A stretch of DNA of 64,000 bases, from positions 1-64,000 of the forward strand of contig NIVC01000916.1 in assembly GCA_002269645.1 (NCBI GenBank), given 5' to 3'. The DNA is from Macrostomum lignano (Eukaryota). The position numbers and the translations under genes are program-made. The notes under the pieces were generated by a model. It searched no databases and had not been told where the DNA came from. It was given only the letters and a program-made list of their open reading frames with translations. Positions 24,990 to 37,945 of the stretch are shown piece by piece (position 1 is the first letter of the stretch; the number at the start of each line of letters is the position of its first letter).

Positions 24990-25640
24990 ACCTGAATCAA
25001 AAGATTAACACCTGAATCACAGGATTAACACTTGAATCACAGAATGGATTAACACCTGAATCACAGGATTAACACCTGAATCACAGGATTAACACTTGAA
25101 TCACAGAATGGATTAACACCTGAATCACAGGATCAACACCTGAATCACAGGATCAACACCTGAATCACAGGATTAACACCTGAATCACAGGATCAACACC
25201 TGAATCACAGGATTAGCACCTGAATCACAGAATTAACACTTGAATCACAGAATGGATTAACACCTGAATCACAGGATTAGCACCTGAATCACAAGATTAA
25301 CACCTGAATCACAGGATTAACACCTGAATCACAAGATTAACACTTGAATCGCGGAATGGATTAAAACCTGAATCACAGAATTAACACTTGAATCACAGAA
25401 TGGATTAACACCTGAATCACAGGATTAGCACCTGAATCACAAGATTAACACCTGAATCACAGGATTAACACCTGAATCACAAGATTAACACTTGAATCGC
25501 GGAATGGATTAAAACCTGAATCACAGGATCAACACCTGAATCACAGGATCAACGCCTGAATCACAGGATCAACACCTGAATCACAGGATTAACACCTGAA
25601 TCACACGATAAATACCTGAATCACAGGATTAACACCTCAG
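24990..25640 (+). repeat. 20-bp minisatellite
   Basis: About 30 copies of CCTGAATCACAGGATTAACA, with 24-bp variants containing AGAATGG. Confidence 0.97.
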
Positions 25641-26074
25641 TCGGGGTGATACAGAATGAGTCACTGAGGCACTGCTGAAATTATTCCAAGCACGATGCTG
25701 CACAAGCAAGCAACGCACCCAGTTAGCGGAAGCAAGCGAAAGCAGAAGTCAAGAAAGGAGAATAAAAGATGCGCGCAGCCCGCTGGCAATAAAAAGCAGA
25801 GATCGGTACTTTCGCAAAGCCCGATGACTCGCTCGCTCGGGCCCAGTTCGTGTCGAAACGAATTTTAAAACGCAAAATCGACAGGAAAGTGGAGACAATT
25901 TTGATACAACCGGTTCGAACTTCGTTAAGGCTGGCTCGCAACTTTTAATTCGAAGATAAAACTCTTTTCACTTTCGCTTGGTTGGAAAAGGATTTGCCCA
26001 ACTGCTTCTTTCCCTCAGTATCTTCGTTGGCTTTCTTCTTGATCTGCCTCCAGCTCGTAATATTCCTCCCTGTT

Positions 26075-29000
26075 TCATAATCTCCCTGATTCATAATCTC
26101 CTGTTTCTTAATCTCTCTGTTTCATAATCTCCCTGTTTCTTAATCCCTCTGTTTCATAATCTCCCTGTTTCTTAATCTCCTGTTTCATAATCTCCCTGTT
26201 TCACAATCTCCTGTTTCTTAATCTCTCTGTTTTATAATCTCCCTGTTTCACAATCTCCTGTTTCTTAATCTCCCTGTTTCATAATCTCCCTGTTTCTTAA
26301 TCTCTCTGTTGTATAATCCCCCTGCTTCATAATCTCCTGTTTCATAATCTCCCTGCTTCATAATCTCTCTGTTTTATAATCTCCCTGTTTCATAATCTCC
26401 TGTTTCATAATCTCCCTGTTTCATAATCTCACTGTTTCATAATCTCCCTGTTTCAGAATCTCCCTGTTTCATAATCTCCCTGTTTCACAATCTCCCTGTT
26501 TCACAATCTCCCTGTTTCACAATCTTCCTGTTTCATAATCTCCCTGTTTCATCATCTCCAGTTGTTTCATAATCTCCAGCTGTTTCATAATCTCCAGCTG
26601 TTTCATAATCTCCAGCTGTTTCATCATCTCCAGCTGTTTCATAATCTCCCTGTTTCATAATCTCCCTGTTTCATAATCTCCAGCTGTTTCATAATCTCCC
26701 TGTTTCATAATCTCCAGCTGTTTCATAATCTCCCTGTTTCATAATCTCCCTGTTTCTTAATCTCCTGTTTCATAATCTCCCTGTTTCATCATCTCCAGTT
26801 GTTTCATAATCTCCAGCTGTTTCATAATCTCCAGCTGTTTCATAATCTCCAGCTGTTTCATCATCTCCAGCTGTTTCATAATCTCCCTGTTTCATAATCT
26901 CCCTGTTTCATAATCTCCAGCTGTTTCATAATCTCCCTGTTTCATAATCTCCAGCTGTTTCATAATCTCCCTGTTTCATAATCTCCAGCTGTTTCATAAT
27001 CTCCAGCTGTTTCATAATCTCCCTGTTTCATAATCTCCCTGTTTCATAATCTCCCTTTTTCATAATCTCCCTGTTTCATAATCTCCCTGTTTCATAATCT
27101 CCAGCTGTTTCATAATCTCCCTGTTTCATAATCTCCCTGTTTCATAATCTCCCTGTTTCATAATCTCCCTGTTTCATAATCTCCCTGTTTCATAATCTCC
27201 CTGTTTCATAATCTCCCTGTTTCATAATCTCCAGCTGTTTCATAATCTCCCTGTTTCATAATCTCCAGCTGTTTCATAATCTCCAGCTGTTTCATAATCT
27301 CCCTGTTTCATAATCTCCCTGTTTCATAATCTCCCTGTTTCATAATCTCCCTGTTTCATAATCTCCAGCTGTTTCATAATCTCCCTGTTTCATAATCTCC
27401 AGCTGTTTCATCATCTCCAGCTGTTTCATAATCTCCTGTTTCATCATCTCCAGCTGTTTCATAATCTCCCTGTTTCATAATCTCCAGCTGTTTCATAATC
27501 TCCCTGTTTCATAATCTCCCTGTTTCATAATCTCCCTGTTTCATAATCTCCAGCTGTTTCATAATCTCCCTGTTTCATAATCTCCAGCTGTTTCATAATC
27601 TCCCTGTTTCATAATCTCCAGCTGTTTCATAATCTCCAGCTGTTTCATAATCTCCAGCTGTTTCATAATCTCCCTGTTTCATAATCTCCCTGTTTCATAA
27701 TCTCCAGCTGTTTCATAATCTCCAGCTGTTTCATAATCTCCCTGTTTCATAATCTCCCTGTTTCATAATCTCCCTGTTTCATAATCTCCAGCTGTTTCAT
27801 AATCTCCCTGTTTCATAATCTCCAGCTGTTTCATCATCTCCAGCTGTTTCATCATCTCCAGCTGTTTCATAATCTCCAGCTGTTTCATAATCTCCCTGTT
27901 TCATAATCTCCAGCTGTTTCATCATCTCCAGCTGTTTCATAATCTCCTGTTTCATCATCTCAGGCTGTTTCATAATCTCCCTGTTTCATAATCTCCAGCT
28001 GTTTCATAATCTCCCTGTTTCATAATCTCCCTGTTTCATAATCTCCCTGTTTCATAATCTCCAGCTGTTTCATAATCTCCCTGTTTCATAATCTCCCTGT
28101 TTCATAATCTCCCTGTTTCATAATCTCCCTGTTTCATAATCTCCCTGTTTCATAATCTCCCTGTTTCATAATCTCCCTGTTTCATAATCTCCAGCTGTTT
28201 CATAATCTCCCTGTTTCATAATCTCCAGCTGTTTCATAATCTCCAGCTGTTTCATAATCTCCCTGTTTCATAATCTCCCTGTTTCATAATCTCCCTGTTT
28301 CATAATCTCCCTGTTTCATAATCTCCAGCTGTTTCATAATCTCCCTGTTTCATAATCTCCAGCTGTTTCATCATCTCCAGCTGTTTCATAATCTCCTGTT
28401 TCATCATCTCCAGCTGTTTCATAATCTCCCTGTTTCATAATCTCCAGCTGTTTCATAATCTCCCTGTTTCATAATCTCCCTGTTTCATAATCTCCCTGTT
28501 TCATAATCTCCAGCTGTTTCATAATCTCCCTGTTTCATAATCTCCAGCTGTTTCATAATCTCCCTGTTTCATAATCTCCAGCTGTTTCATAATCTCCAGC
28601 TGTTTCATAATCTCCAGCTGTTTCATAATCTCCAGCTGTTTCATAATCTCCAGCTGTTTCATAATCTCCAGCTGTTTCATAATCTCCCTGTTTCATAATC
28701 TCCAGCTGTTTCATAATCTCCAGCTGTTTCATAATCTCCCTGTTTCATAATCTCCCTGTTTCATAATCTCCCTGTTTCATAATCTCCAGCTGTTTCATAA
28801 TCTCCAGCTGTTTCATAATCTCCCTGTATCATAATCTCCAGCTGTTTCATAATCTCCCTGTTTCATAATCTCCCTGTTTCATAATCTCCCTGTTTCTTAA
28901 TCTCCTGTTTCATAATCTCCCTGTTTCATAATCTCCCTGTTTCATAATCTCCAGCTGTTTCATAATCTCCAGCTGTTTCATAATCTCCAGCTGTTTCATA

Positions 29001-30455
29001 ATCTCCAGCTGTTTCATCATCTCCAGCTGTTTCATCATCTCCAGCTGTTTCATCATCTCCAGCTGTTTCAGAATCTTCCTGTTTCATAAACTCCCTGTTT
29101 CATAATCTCCAGCTGTTTCATAATCTCCAGCTTTTTCTTAATCTCCCTGTTTCATAAACTCCCTGTTTCATAAACTCCCTGTTTCATAAACTCCCTGTTT
29201 CATAAACTCCCTGTTTCATAAACTCCCTGTTTCATAATCTCCAGCTTTTTCTTAATCTCCCTGTTTCATAATCTCCAGCTTTTTCTTAATCTCCCTGTTT
29301 CATAAACTCCCTGTTTCATAAACTCCCTGTTTCATAATCTCCAGCTTTTTCTTAATCTCCCTGTTTCATAATCTCATGTTTCTTAATCTCCCTGTTTCAT
29401 AATCTCCTTGTTTCATAATCTCCCTGTTTCATAATCTCTGTTTCATAATCTCTGTTTCATAATCTCCCTGTTTCTTAATCTCCTGTTTCTTAATCTCCTG
29501 TTTCTTAATCTCCCTGTTTCATAATCTCCCTGTTTCATAATCTCCAGCTGTTTCATAATCTCCCTGTTTCATAATCTCCCTGTTTCATAATCTCCCTGTT
29601 TCATAATCTCCAGCTGTTTCATCATCTCCAGCTGTTTCATAATCTCCAGCTGTTTCTTAATCTCCCTGTTTCAGAATCTCCCTGTTTCCTAATCTCCGGT
29701 TTCTTAATCTCCCTGTTTCATCATCTCCCTGTTTCATAATCTCTCTGTTTCATAATCTCCCTGTTTCATAATCTCCCTGTTTCATAATCTCCCTGTTTCA
29801 TAATCTCCCTGTTTCATAATCTCCCTGTTTCATAATCTCCCTGTTTCATAATCTCCCTGTTTCATAATCTCCAGCTGTTTCATAATCTCCAGCTGTTTCA
29901 TAATCTCCCTGTTTCATAATCTCCCTGTTTCATAATCTCCCTGTTTCATAATCTCCCTGTTTCATAATCTCCAGCTGTTTCATAATCTCCCTGTTTCATA
30001 ATCTCCAGCTGTTTCATAATCTCCAGCTGTTTCATCATCTCCAGCTGTTTCATAATCTCCAGCTGTTTCTTAATCTCCCTGTTTCATAATCTCCTGTTTC
30101 ATAATCTCCCTGTTTCATAATCTCCTGTTTCATAATCTCCCTGTTTCATAATCTCCCTGTTTCATAATCTCCAGCTGTTTCATCATCTCCAGCTGTTTCA
30201 TCATCTTCAGCTGTTTCTTAATCTCCAGCTGTTTCTTAATCTTCCTGTTTCAGAATCTCCCTGTTTCTTAATCTCCCTGTTTCATAATCTCCCTGTTTCT
30301 TAATCTCCCTGTTTCATAATCTCCCTGCTTCACAATCTCCAGCTGTTTCATAATCTCCCCGTTTCATAATCTCCCTGCTTCATAATCTTCCTGTTTAATA
30401 ATCTCGCTGTTTCATATTTTCTCTTTTTCTTAATCTCCCTGTTTCATAATCTCCC
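26075..30455 (+). repeat. 4.4-kb 16/18-bp satellite with higher-order duplication
   Basis: Interspersed ATAATCTCCCTGTTTC (16 bp) and ATAATCTCCAGCTGTTTC (18 bp) units. Block ~27181-27670 recurs exactly 960 bp downstream. Confidence 0.99.
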
Positions 30456-31394
30456 TCTCTCTCTTTTACCTTAAGCTTTTATAACTTTACGAAAGTCCAG
30501 AACCATATAAACTGCTGAAAACTTGTGTTGTTTTGCTCAAGATTGACCCCGCTGCCCTGCAGCAACTGTACAACATAAAGACTACATTTAATAAGCGAGC
30601 TGTGGGAGTGAAATAGAGCCTCACAGTGCAGGGCAGGACTCAGCATCAGAGTAAGAACTAAAATCAGGGCTCCCCTTCGGGCTGCCTTTGTCAGCTTAGC
30701 GCGCATACGGCCTCGCACAGAGCTAGGAGGGCCGCACTTTCCACCTTGAGCTGAGAAGGCCCGCCTGTGTACCTACTAGAAACACTGCATGCGAGTGCAG
30801 ATGCGGCTTTCAAAGCTAGGATAGAAGCCTCGCGATTTCCTTGAGTTCCCCGCCCGCGTCTCCTCTTCCTTCTATCCACGCACCCGTCTGCAGTCTGCCT
30901 GTCTTTCTGTCTGCTTCTTCTTCTTCATAATCTTTCGCTCGTTTTGCGTCCGCAGCTTCTGCTTTGAGTCCCCGACAGCGTCCCGCTCTCGAGAGCAGCT
31001 TTCACAATTCCTTTCACAGCCATAAAACAGAAAGGAAGTTGTCCTCCCCTCCTTCAGGCCGTCATCCCTGCGCAACACACGAGATCTGCGGGGGAAAGGG
31101 AAAGCAGATGGGACGGCATCTCAGTCCATAATCTCTGCAGTGCGCTCGTAGCAAATTCGGCTTCAAATTCTCTCCGATCGCTCTGTGGTAACGAGACACC
31201 TGGCTGATTGACGAACTGCTCACTCGCCTCGATGCAGAAACCATGCAGCGCGTGATTAGAGACTAAAAAGAGGGAAATGCAGGTACCCGGAAATAAGTAC
31301 AATGTATACAGAACTCCCAAACTGTCTTGTCGTGTCACGTGTGCTTATGAGCATTGAACGCTGAGAATGCAAGCCGATCGTGTCAAAGTGGCAG

Positions 31395-32390
31395 GCAGGT
31401 CACCCTACAGTGGAATGGAGGGGGTCACCCTACAGTGGAATGGAGGGGGTCACCCTACAGTGGAATGGAGGGGTCACCCTACAGTGGAATGGAGGGGTCA
31501 CCCTACAGTGGAATGAGGGGGTCACCCTACAGTGGAATGGAGGGGGTCACCCTACAGTGGAATGGAGGAAGTCACCCTACAGTGGAATGGAGGGGTCACC
31601 CTACAGTGGAATGGAGGGGTCACCCTACAGTGGAATGGAGGGGGTCACCCTACAGTGGAATGGAGGGGGTCACCCTACAGTGGAATGGAGGGGGTCACCC
31701 TACAGTGGAATGGAGGGGGTCACCCTACAGTGGAATGGAGGGGGTCACCCTACAGTGGAATGGAGGGGGTCACCCTACAGTGGAATGGAGGGGTCACCCT
31801 ACAGTGGAATGGAGGGGGTCACCCTACAGTGGAATGGAGGGGGTCACCCTACAGTGGAATGGAGGGGGTCACCCTACAGTGGAATGGAGGGGTCACCCTA
31901 CAGTGGAATGGAGGGGGTCACCCTACAGTGGAATGGAGGGGGTCACCCTACAGTGGAATGGAGGGGTCACCCTACAGTGGAATGGAGGGGGTCACCCTAC
32001 AGTGGAATGGAGGGGGTCACCCTACAATGACAGGAAGGGTCATTTTACAGTGACAGGAGGGGGTCATTCTACAATGACAGGAAGGGTCATCCTACAGTGA
32101 CAGGGGGTCATCCTACAGTGACAGTAGGGGTCATCCTACAGTGACAGGAGGGGGTCATCCTACAATGACAGGAAGGGTCATTCCACAGTGGAATGGAGGG
32201 GGTCACCCTACAGTGGAATAGAGGGGGTCATCCTACAGCGGAATGGAGGGGGTCATCCTACAGCGGAATGGAGGGGGTCATCCTACAGTGGAATGGAGGG
32301 GTCATCCTACAGCGGAATGGAGGGGGTCATCCTGCAATGACAGGAAGGGTCATTTTACAGTGACAGGAGGGGTCATCCTACAGTGACAGG
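31395..32390 (+). repeat. 25/26-bp minisatellite
   Basis: GTCACCCTACAGTGGAATGGAGGGG(G), degenerating after 32020. Confidence 0.98.
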
Positions 32391-35300
32391 TCGGTTCGCT
32401 CTACAATGTCGAAGGTAGTATTCCTGCAGTCTGCAGTCTTCAATTCCTGCAGTCTTTCAGGTTTTTTTTTTCAAAACCTCAATAAATCAGAAAGAAATGT
32501 TTTGATAAATTTCTTCACTACATTAAATTTTTACAATGATTTCTAAGAAGTTAATAACAAATGTGAGCCCCACTGGTCTCCCATTGTGTTGATCATGCGC
32601 TACAATCACGAGCTCAGTGGGGTCTTAAATCTTGGACTTGAAAAGCGTGACCTGCTGCACTAGCTCATAAAGGAGATTTAATTAGGATTAATTATTTCAT
32701 CTATTTCCTTGCCCTCGCTAAACTGCGCGCACAATACTGACTCCAGTGAATGTTTGCTCGCTGCGAAATTCAGAATTCTTCCAGTATTCTGCGCAGTGTC
32801 GAATGACAACGCAGGTGCTGCACACTGACGGGTCAGGCACTGCATGGCAGACACGCACGCGGGGCCAAGGCTGACTCACCATATATATACCGGTATATGC
32901 ATTCGAAAAATTATTGTTTATGCTTCAATACCAAAATCGACGAAAATTATTGTATAGATGCTCGAATTCCTTAGAGAGTTGAAGCAAATACTTGACATCG
33001 ATGCTAGGTTACCATGCCCGCTGTCATGGCAGGGTGCAGGTGCTGCATGGCAGGGGGCTGAAGCTGCAGCATGCGTTTCGGGATGCTGATATGATGACTC
33101 TGTGATATAGGAACTGCCTGGCCTAGGTGAGTCAGGCATAATCCTGCAGTCTGATCCGTCAGGTATTTGATAAACTATATAATAGACAAAACTCAGTCAG
33201 AACTGATTCTATCTGGTCCGCGTGACACGTGGATACATTCAGTATCGGTATAGCTAATTTTACTACAATCACAGCTCGACAATTGCCCACGCAATCACTT
33301 TGATTGACAAGTTATTTTTCTCAAGAATGACCCATTAGGAAACTTGGTGCTGACATTTCAGAGCAGACATAAGTAGTACTATAGTAGTACTATAGTAACC
33401 GCTGGTCATGAACTGCTGCAGATCTGCAGTTTTAATGCTTTTAAGAAGGTATGGAACTATATACAAGCTTCTACATGCATTTATAGTTTATACCTACCTG
33501 GTTGAATCCAGGCAAAGGAAAGCAGTATAAGGTGCACACAGGTGCAACTACCTAAGCGTCTGTAAGGTCGATTTTGATCTTTTCCGACATCCGTACAATA
33601 TAACAGAAGTGAAAGCTAAAAAGGAAAATGATGCCACTTGCCCGCAGACAATATTGCATCAGGTGTTGCTACCCACAGAGTGTTCGATTTCTATAAACCC
33701 CCGCCTCAATTCGCTTCTCTCGGCCGCATGGAACCGACCCGAATCTGAGACTCGGGGTCGTGGATTATGGATTTTGCCGCGCGCAAAGATAGTTTTTGGT
33801 GGCTGCAGAATTCAAATTTCAGACGGACGCGCTGCGCAAATTCAGGTGGGGGCAATGAAAAAGAAGTAGCTCGGCTTTGGAGAGGGGGCGCATTTTGGAA
33901 TGGATTCCGCTTTTACTTTCAGTCGTAAAAAATCGAGCAGAAACCTATGCACCTATGGTTTGAAATGTACCGTTTCAGAGCCTTAATTGCAAGGTACTTG
34001 AAAGCTTAGAAGCAATCCGGATAAAAATTTACTTTGCGATATCTGTTGAATATATATAGAATTCGAAATTAATATAGAAAGTGTAGGGTCGTCGTAAGTT
34101 TCTAGGAAATGCGTCAGTTTAAATCTAGTTTGAATTCATCAACCTAACAACCAGAAACGACTAAAAAATGAGTCAAAGTTTTAAAAACTTCGCTGTTTTA
34201 TTATTTCTATTTCATCGGAAAGTTTATATAATTAAAATCTCAACTTTCAGTTATACTAAGCTATTAATTCTCGGATCTCGAATGCACAAACCACACCCTA
34301 AATTACGCATGCCATTTTTGAAAGTGATATGTCACCACCAAACCACCAAAAGCAAACCTCTTGATGGTTGAGTTGGGCTTTTTTGACAGGTTGGCAAACT
34401 TTGGGCATAGGCTGAAGTGAAAGGTATGCCCATAATTCTCTCTGCGGTACGAATTTAGCTGGACCCCCCACAGACAGCCCCAGAACGGTAATGTTTGTGC
34501 ACTGTTGACCAACTAAACACGGGCCGGGGGTCCTGCTCTACCCGCCTTGTTCCGTTATTAGTCAGTTCGTTCGGTTGATTTCAATGTAGACTCAGGCAGC
34601 CCCCCCCGCCCGCTCGATGCATGAACTGGCTGGGTGCACGGGGGAGGCAGATCTTTGATCAAATAATTCCAAGAATTTTTAACTCAAGTGGGAGAAGAGG
34701 ATTGGAGTGGGGCAACAGTGTGTGTATGTGTGTGGGGGGGGGGGGCGTTGGTTTGACTTGGGGGTCTTGCCTCAACTCTCGGTCCTTAAACTCTCAATTT
34801 TTGTCTGTACGAGCTCCGGCTGGGAGGGGACGGCCCCTTTTTACGCTAGCTTATTATTAGCAATGAGTAAATTTTCGCCCCTCAATAAAACGAGCAGAAG
34901 CCTCTCTCCACTTAATTTAAAGAGAAAACTGAAACGAACAAAATGTACACATACACACTAAACACAAATTTGGACGCGTTTAAAGTTTAAACTAAAAGAA
35001 CGGTTCTTAAAAGTTAAAAGTTTCCAACGAAACTCGTGTCAGTTGTAAAGAATTTATTCAGCTTTAAAATGAGACCAAGATTGTCAACATCGGTTCGGCT
35101 ATTCCGAAATTATCGAGAATTCTGTGCAGACAGCATGGCTTCTCCGCCATGCTATCTTATTTTTCGGAAACGAACTGGGGTCCGGCTGGAGCAATGAAGC
35201 AAACCCCAAACAAACCCCTAACACGATGGGTGGCGGGACTGGTGGGTGCTCGGCCCACTGGGGGGTGTCGCAGTTATTTCAAAGTTTGACTAAACCCCCT

Positions 35301-35901
35301 CCGGCCATTCCACCTTCCCTTTTAACACATGTTTTACTGGATGCCCAGCCAGCCCCCCTTTCTCCTTAGCAAGGTTTGTTGAGGTGGTGGGTTCGTAATT
35401 GCAGGGGGGTTGGCTCTTTATTGGCCAGACAAGAGCGGGGCCTAAAGAGAGGCGACAGCCCCACCCCCCAAACTCAGGGCGCCCGGCCTCCTCCTCTAAC
35501 TGAAATTAAAAGTCATTGCCTATCCTGCCCCAGCCCGAGTCGTGCCTAATCCTCCTTGTCCCTGTTTCTATTATATTCCTAGTCTCGCCGCTCCCGTTAA
35601 TAATAAAAAAAAGCGAAAAGCGCGCGTGTCGAGCGAGGCTCCGGCCCAGACTGTCGGTTGCGATTTTCGTATTGAAATAGATTACAGCCCGTATATTTTG
35701 CCTTGGCCTAGTCTTCTATCAACCTAAATAGCAAAGTAAAGATTGTTATAAAGACGAAGAGATTTAGGGTTAGCAGGGCCGCAGAAATCTTCCAGATAAC
35801 TTCCAGATTCCACATTGAATAGCCAGGCAGCAAGCCGTGTAATTCTACCCACACCGACTGGAGATCTGCACTGCATCGCCACACTATATTAGACCTGAGC
35901 G

Positions 35902-36455
35902 ATGCAGCATTACCAATCCGAGCAGTGGGACCGAGCCTCGTCCTCAAAGTACAGCTACCCGCATCCGCGCACAATGGACAGCGATGCCTACGCCGGCGGC
36001 GCAAGTCGACGCGATTTTCAACAAGTCAGCAGCAGCTGCGGCAGCGGCGGCGGTCAAGGAGGTCGAGTAGGCGGCCGGGCCAAGGCCAAGAAGGCGCTGG
36101 GGAGTCGCGCCAGCGGGCCCGGCTTGGCCCCATGGACACGGTTGACGATTTCCTCACTAACGAGAGCGGCAACAGCCTGATGCTGTGCGTGCTCTCCATC
36201 CTGCTCGTGTTCCCCGGCTCCACCTGCCTCATTGTCATTGGCGGCGCCTTCACCTTGGACCAGCAGCTGCAGCAGCAGCACCAGTGGGTCAGACCGTGCG
36301 CAATCTTCATGCTGATTCTGGGCGTCATACTGCTCATCACCGCCTGCGTCATCTTCACCATCATCTGCCGGCCGTATTGGCGTGCCAGGGCGCGCCGACT
36401 GGGCACCGCGACCGCGGCCGAAGGCTCGCCTTACACCTGCGTTGTGCAGCTGTAG
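35902..36455 (+). CDS. orphan two-transmembrane protein, probably one ORF split by a 1-nt deletion in the C-run at 36128-36131
   Basis: The frame from 35902 (MQHYQSEQW...GPGLAP) joins MDTVDDF (ATG 36132) if one C is added. Two hydrophobic helices LMLCVLSILLVFPGSTCLIVIGGAFTL and CAIFMLILGVILLITACVIFTIIC are followed by a basic RPYWRARARR segment. GC-rich island. Confidence 0.6.
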
Positions 36456-36564
36456 GCTTGAGCAATTTTGATGTTGGCGTCTTAATACAATTGAGGCTGT
36501 GCTACAGGTAGGAGAGGGTTGATACATAACGATTGATTTTCCGGTGTTTTTAAAATCTAAACAG

Positions 36565-37945
36565 TCTAGGCCTACAGATTACAGCCTACAGATTACAGCC
36601 TACAGATTACAGCCTACAGATTACAGCCTAGATAGATTACAGTCAGATTACAGCCTAGATAGATTACAGTCAGATTACAGCCTAGATAGATTACAGTCAG
36701 ATTACAGCCTAGATAGATTACAGCCTATAGATTACAGTCAGATTCACAGATTGCAACCTAGATAGATTACAGTCAGATTACATCCTATAGATTACAGTCA
36801 GATTGCAGCCTAGATAGATTACAGTCAGATTACATCCTATAGATTACAGTCAGATTGCAGCCTAGATAGATTACAGTCAGATTACAGTCTAGATAGATTA
36901 CAGCCTATAGATTACAGTCAGATTCACAGATTGCAGCCTAGATAGATTACAGTCAGATTACATCCTATAGATTACAGTCAGATTGCAGCCTAGATAGATT
37001 ACAGTCAGATTACATCCTATAGATTACAGTCAGATTACATCCTAGATAGATTACAGTCAGATTACAGCCTATTATAGATTACAATCAGATTACAGCCTAG
37101 ATAGATTACAGTCAGATTACATCCTATAGATTACAGTCAGATTGCAGCCTAGATAGATTACAGTCAGATTACAGTCTAGATAGATTACAGCCTATAGATT
37201 ACAGTCAGATTCACAGATTGCAGCCTAGATAGATTACAGTCAGATTCACAGATTGCAGCCTAGATAGATTACAGTCAGATTACATCCTATAGATTACAGT
37301 CAGATTGCAGCCTAGATAGATTACAGTCAGATTACATCCTATAGATTACAGTCAGATTGCAGCCTAGATAGATTACAGTCAGATTACAGCCTATTATAGA
37401 TTACAATCAGATTACAGCCTAGATAGATTACAGTCAGATTACAGCCTATAGATTACAGTCAGATTACAGCCTATATAGATTACAGCCTATAGATTACAGT
37501 CAGATTCACAGATTGCAGCCTAGATAGATTACAGTCAGATTACATCCTATAGATTACAGTCAGATTGCAGCCTAGATAGATTACAGTCAGATTACATCCT
37601 ATAGATTACAGTCAGATTGCAGCCTAGATAGATTACAGTCAGATTACATCCTATAGATTACAGTCAGATTGCAGCCTAGATAGATTACAGTCAGATTACA
37701 TCCTATAGATTACAGTCAGATTGCAGCCTAGATAGATTACAGTCAGATTACATCCTATAGATTACAGTCAGATTGCAGCCTAGATAGATTACAGTCAGAT
37801 TACAGCCTATTATAGATTACAATCAGATTACAGCCTAGATAGATTACAGTCAGATTACAGCCTATAGATTACAGTCAGATTACAGCCTATTATAGATTAC
37901 AATCAGATTACAGCCTAGATAGATTACAGTCAGATTACAGCCTAC
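36565..37945 (+). repeat. GATTACA-based ~27-bp minisatellite
   Basis: GATTACAGTCAGATTACAGCCTAGATA and 23/25/29-bp variants. Confidence 0.98.

Noticed and set aside
31354-32100. ORFs with GSPYSGME/VTLQWNGG repeats
   Set aside because: 25/26-bp units cycle through all three frames, so this is a non-coding satellite
36026-36527. Minus-strand ORFs of 126 and 157 aa
   Set aside because: Antisense shadows of the GC-rich 2-TM gene
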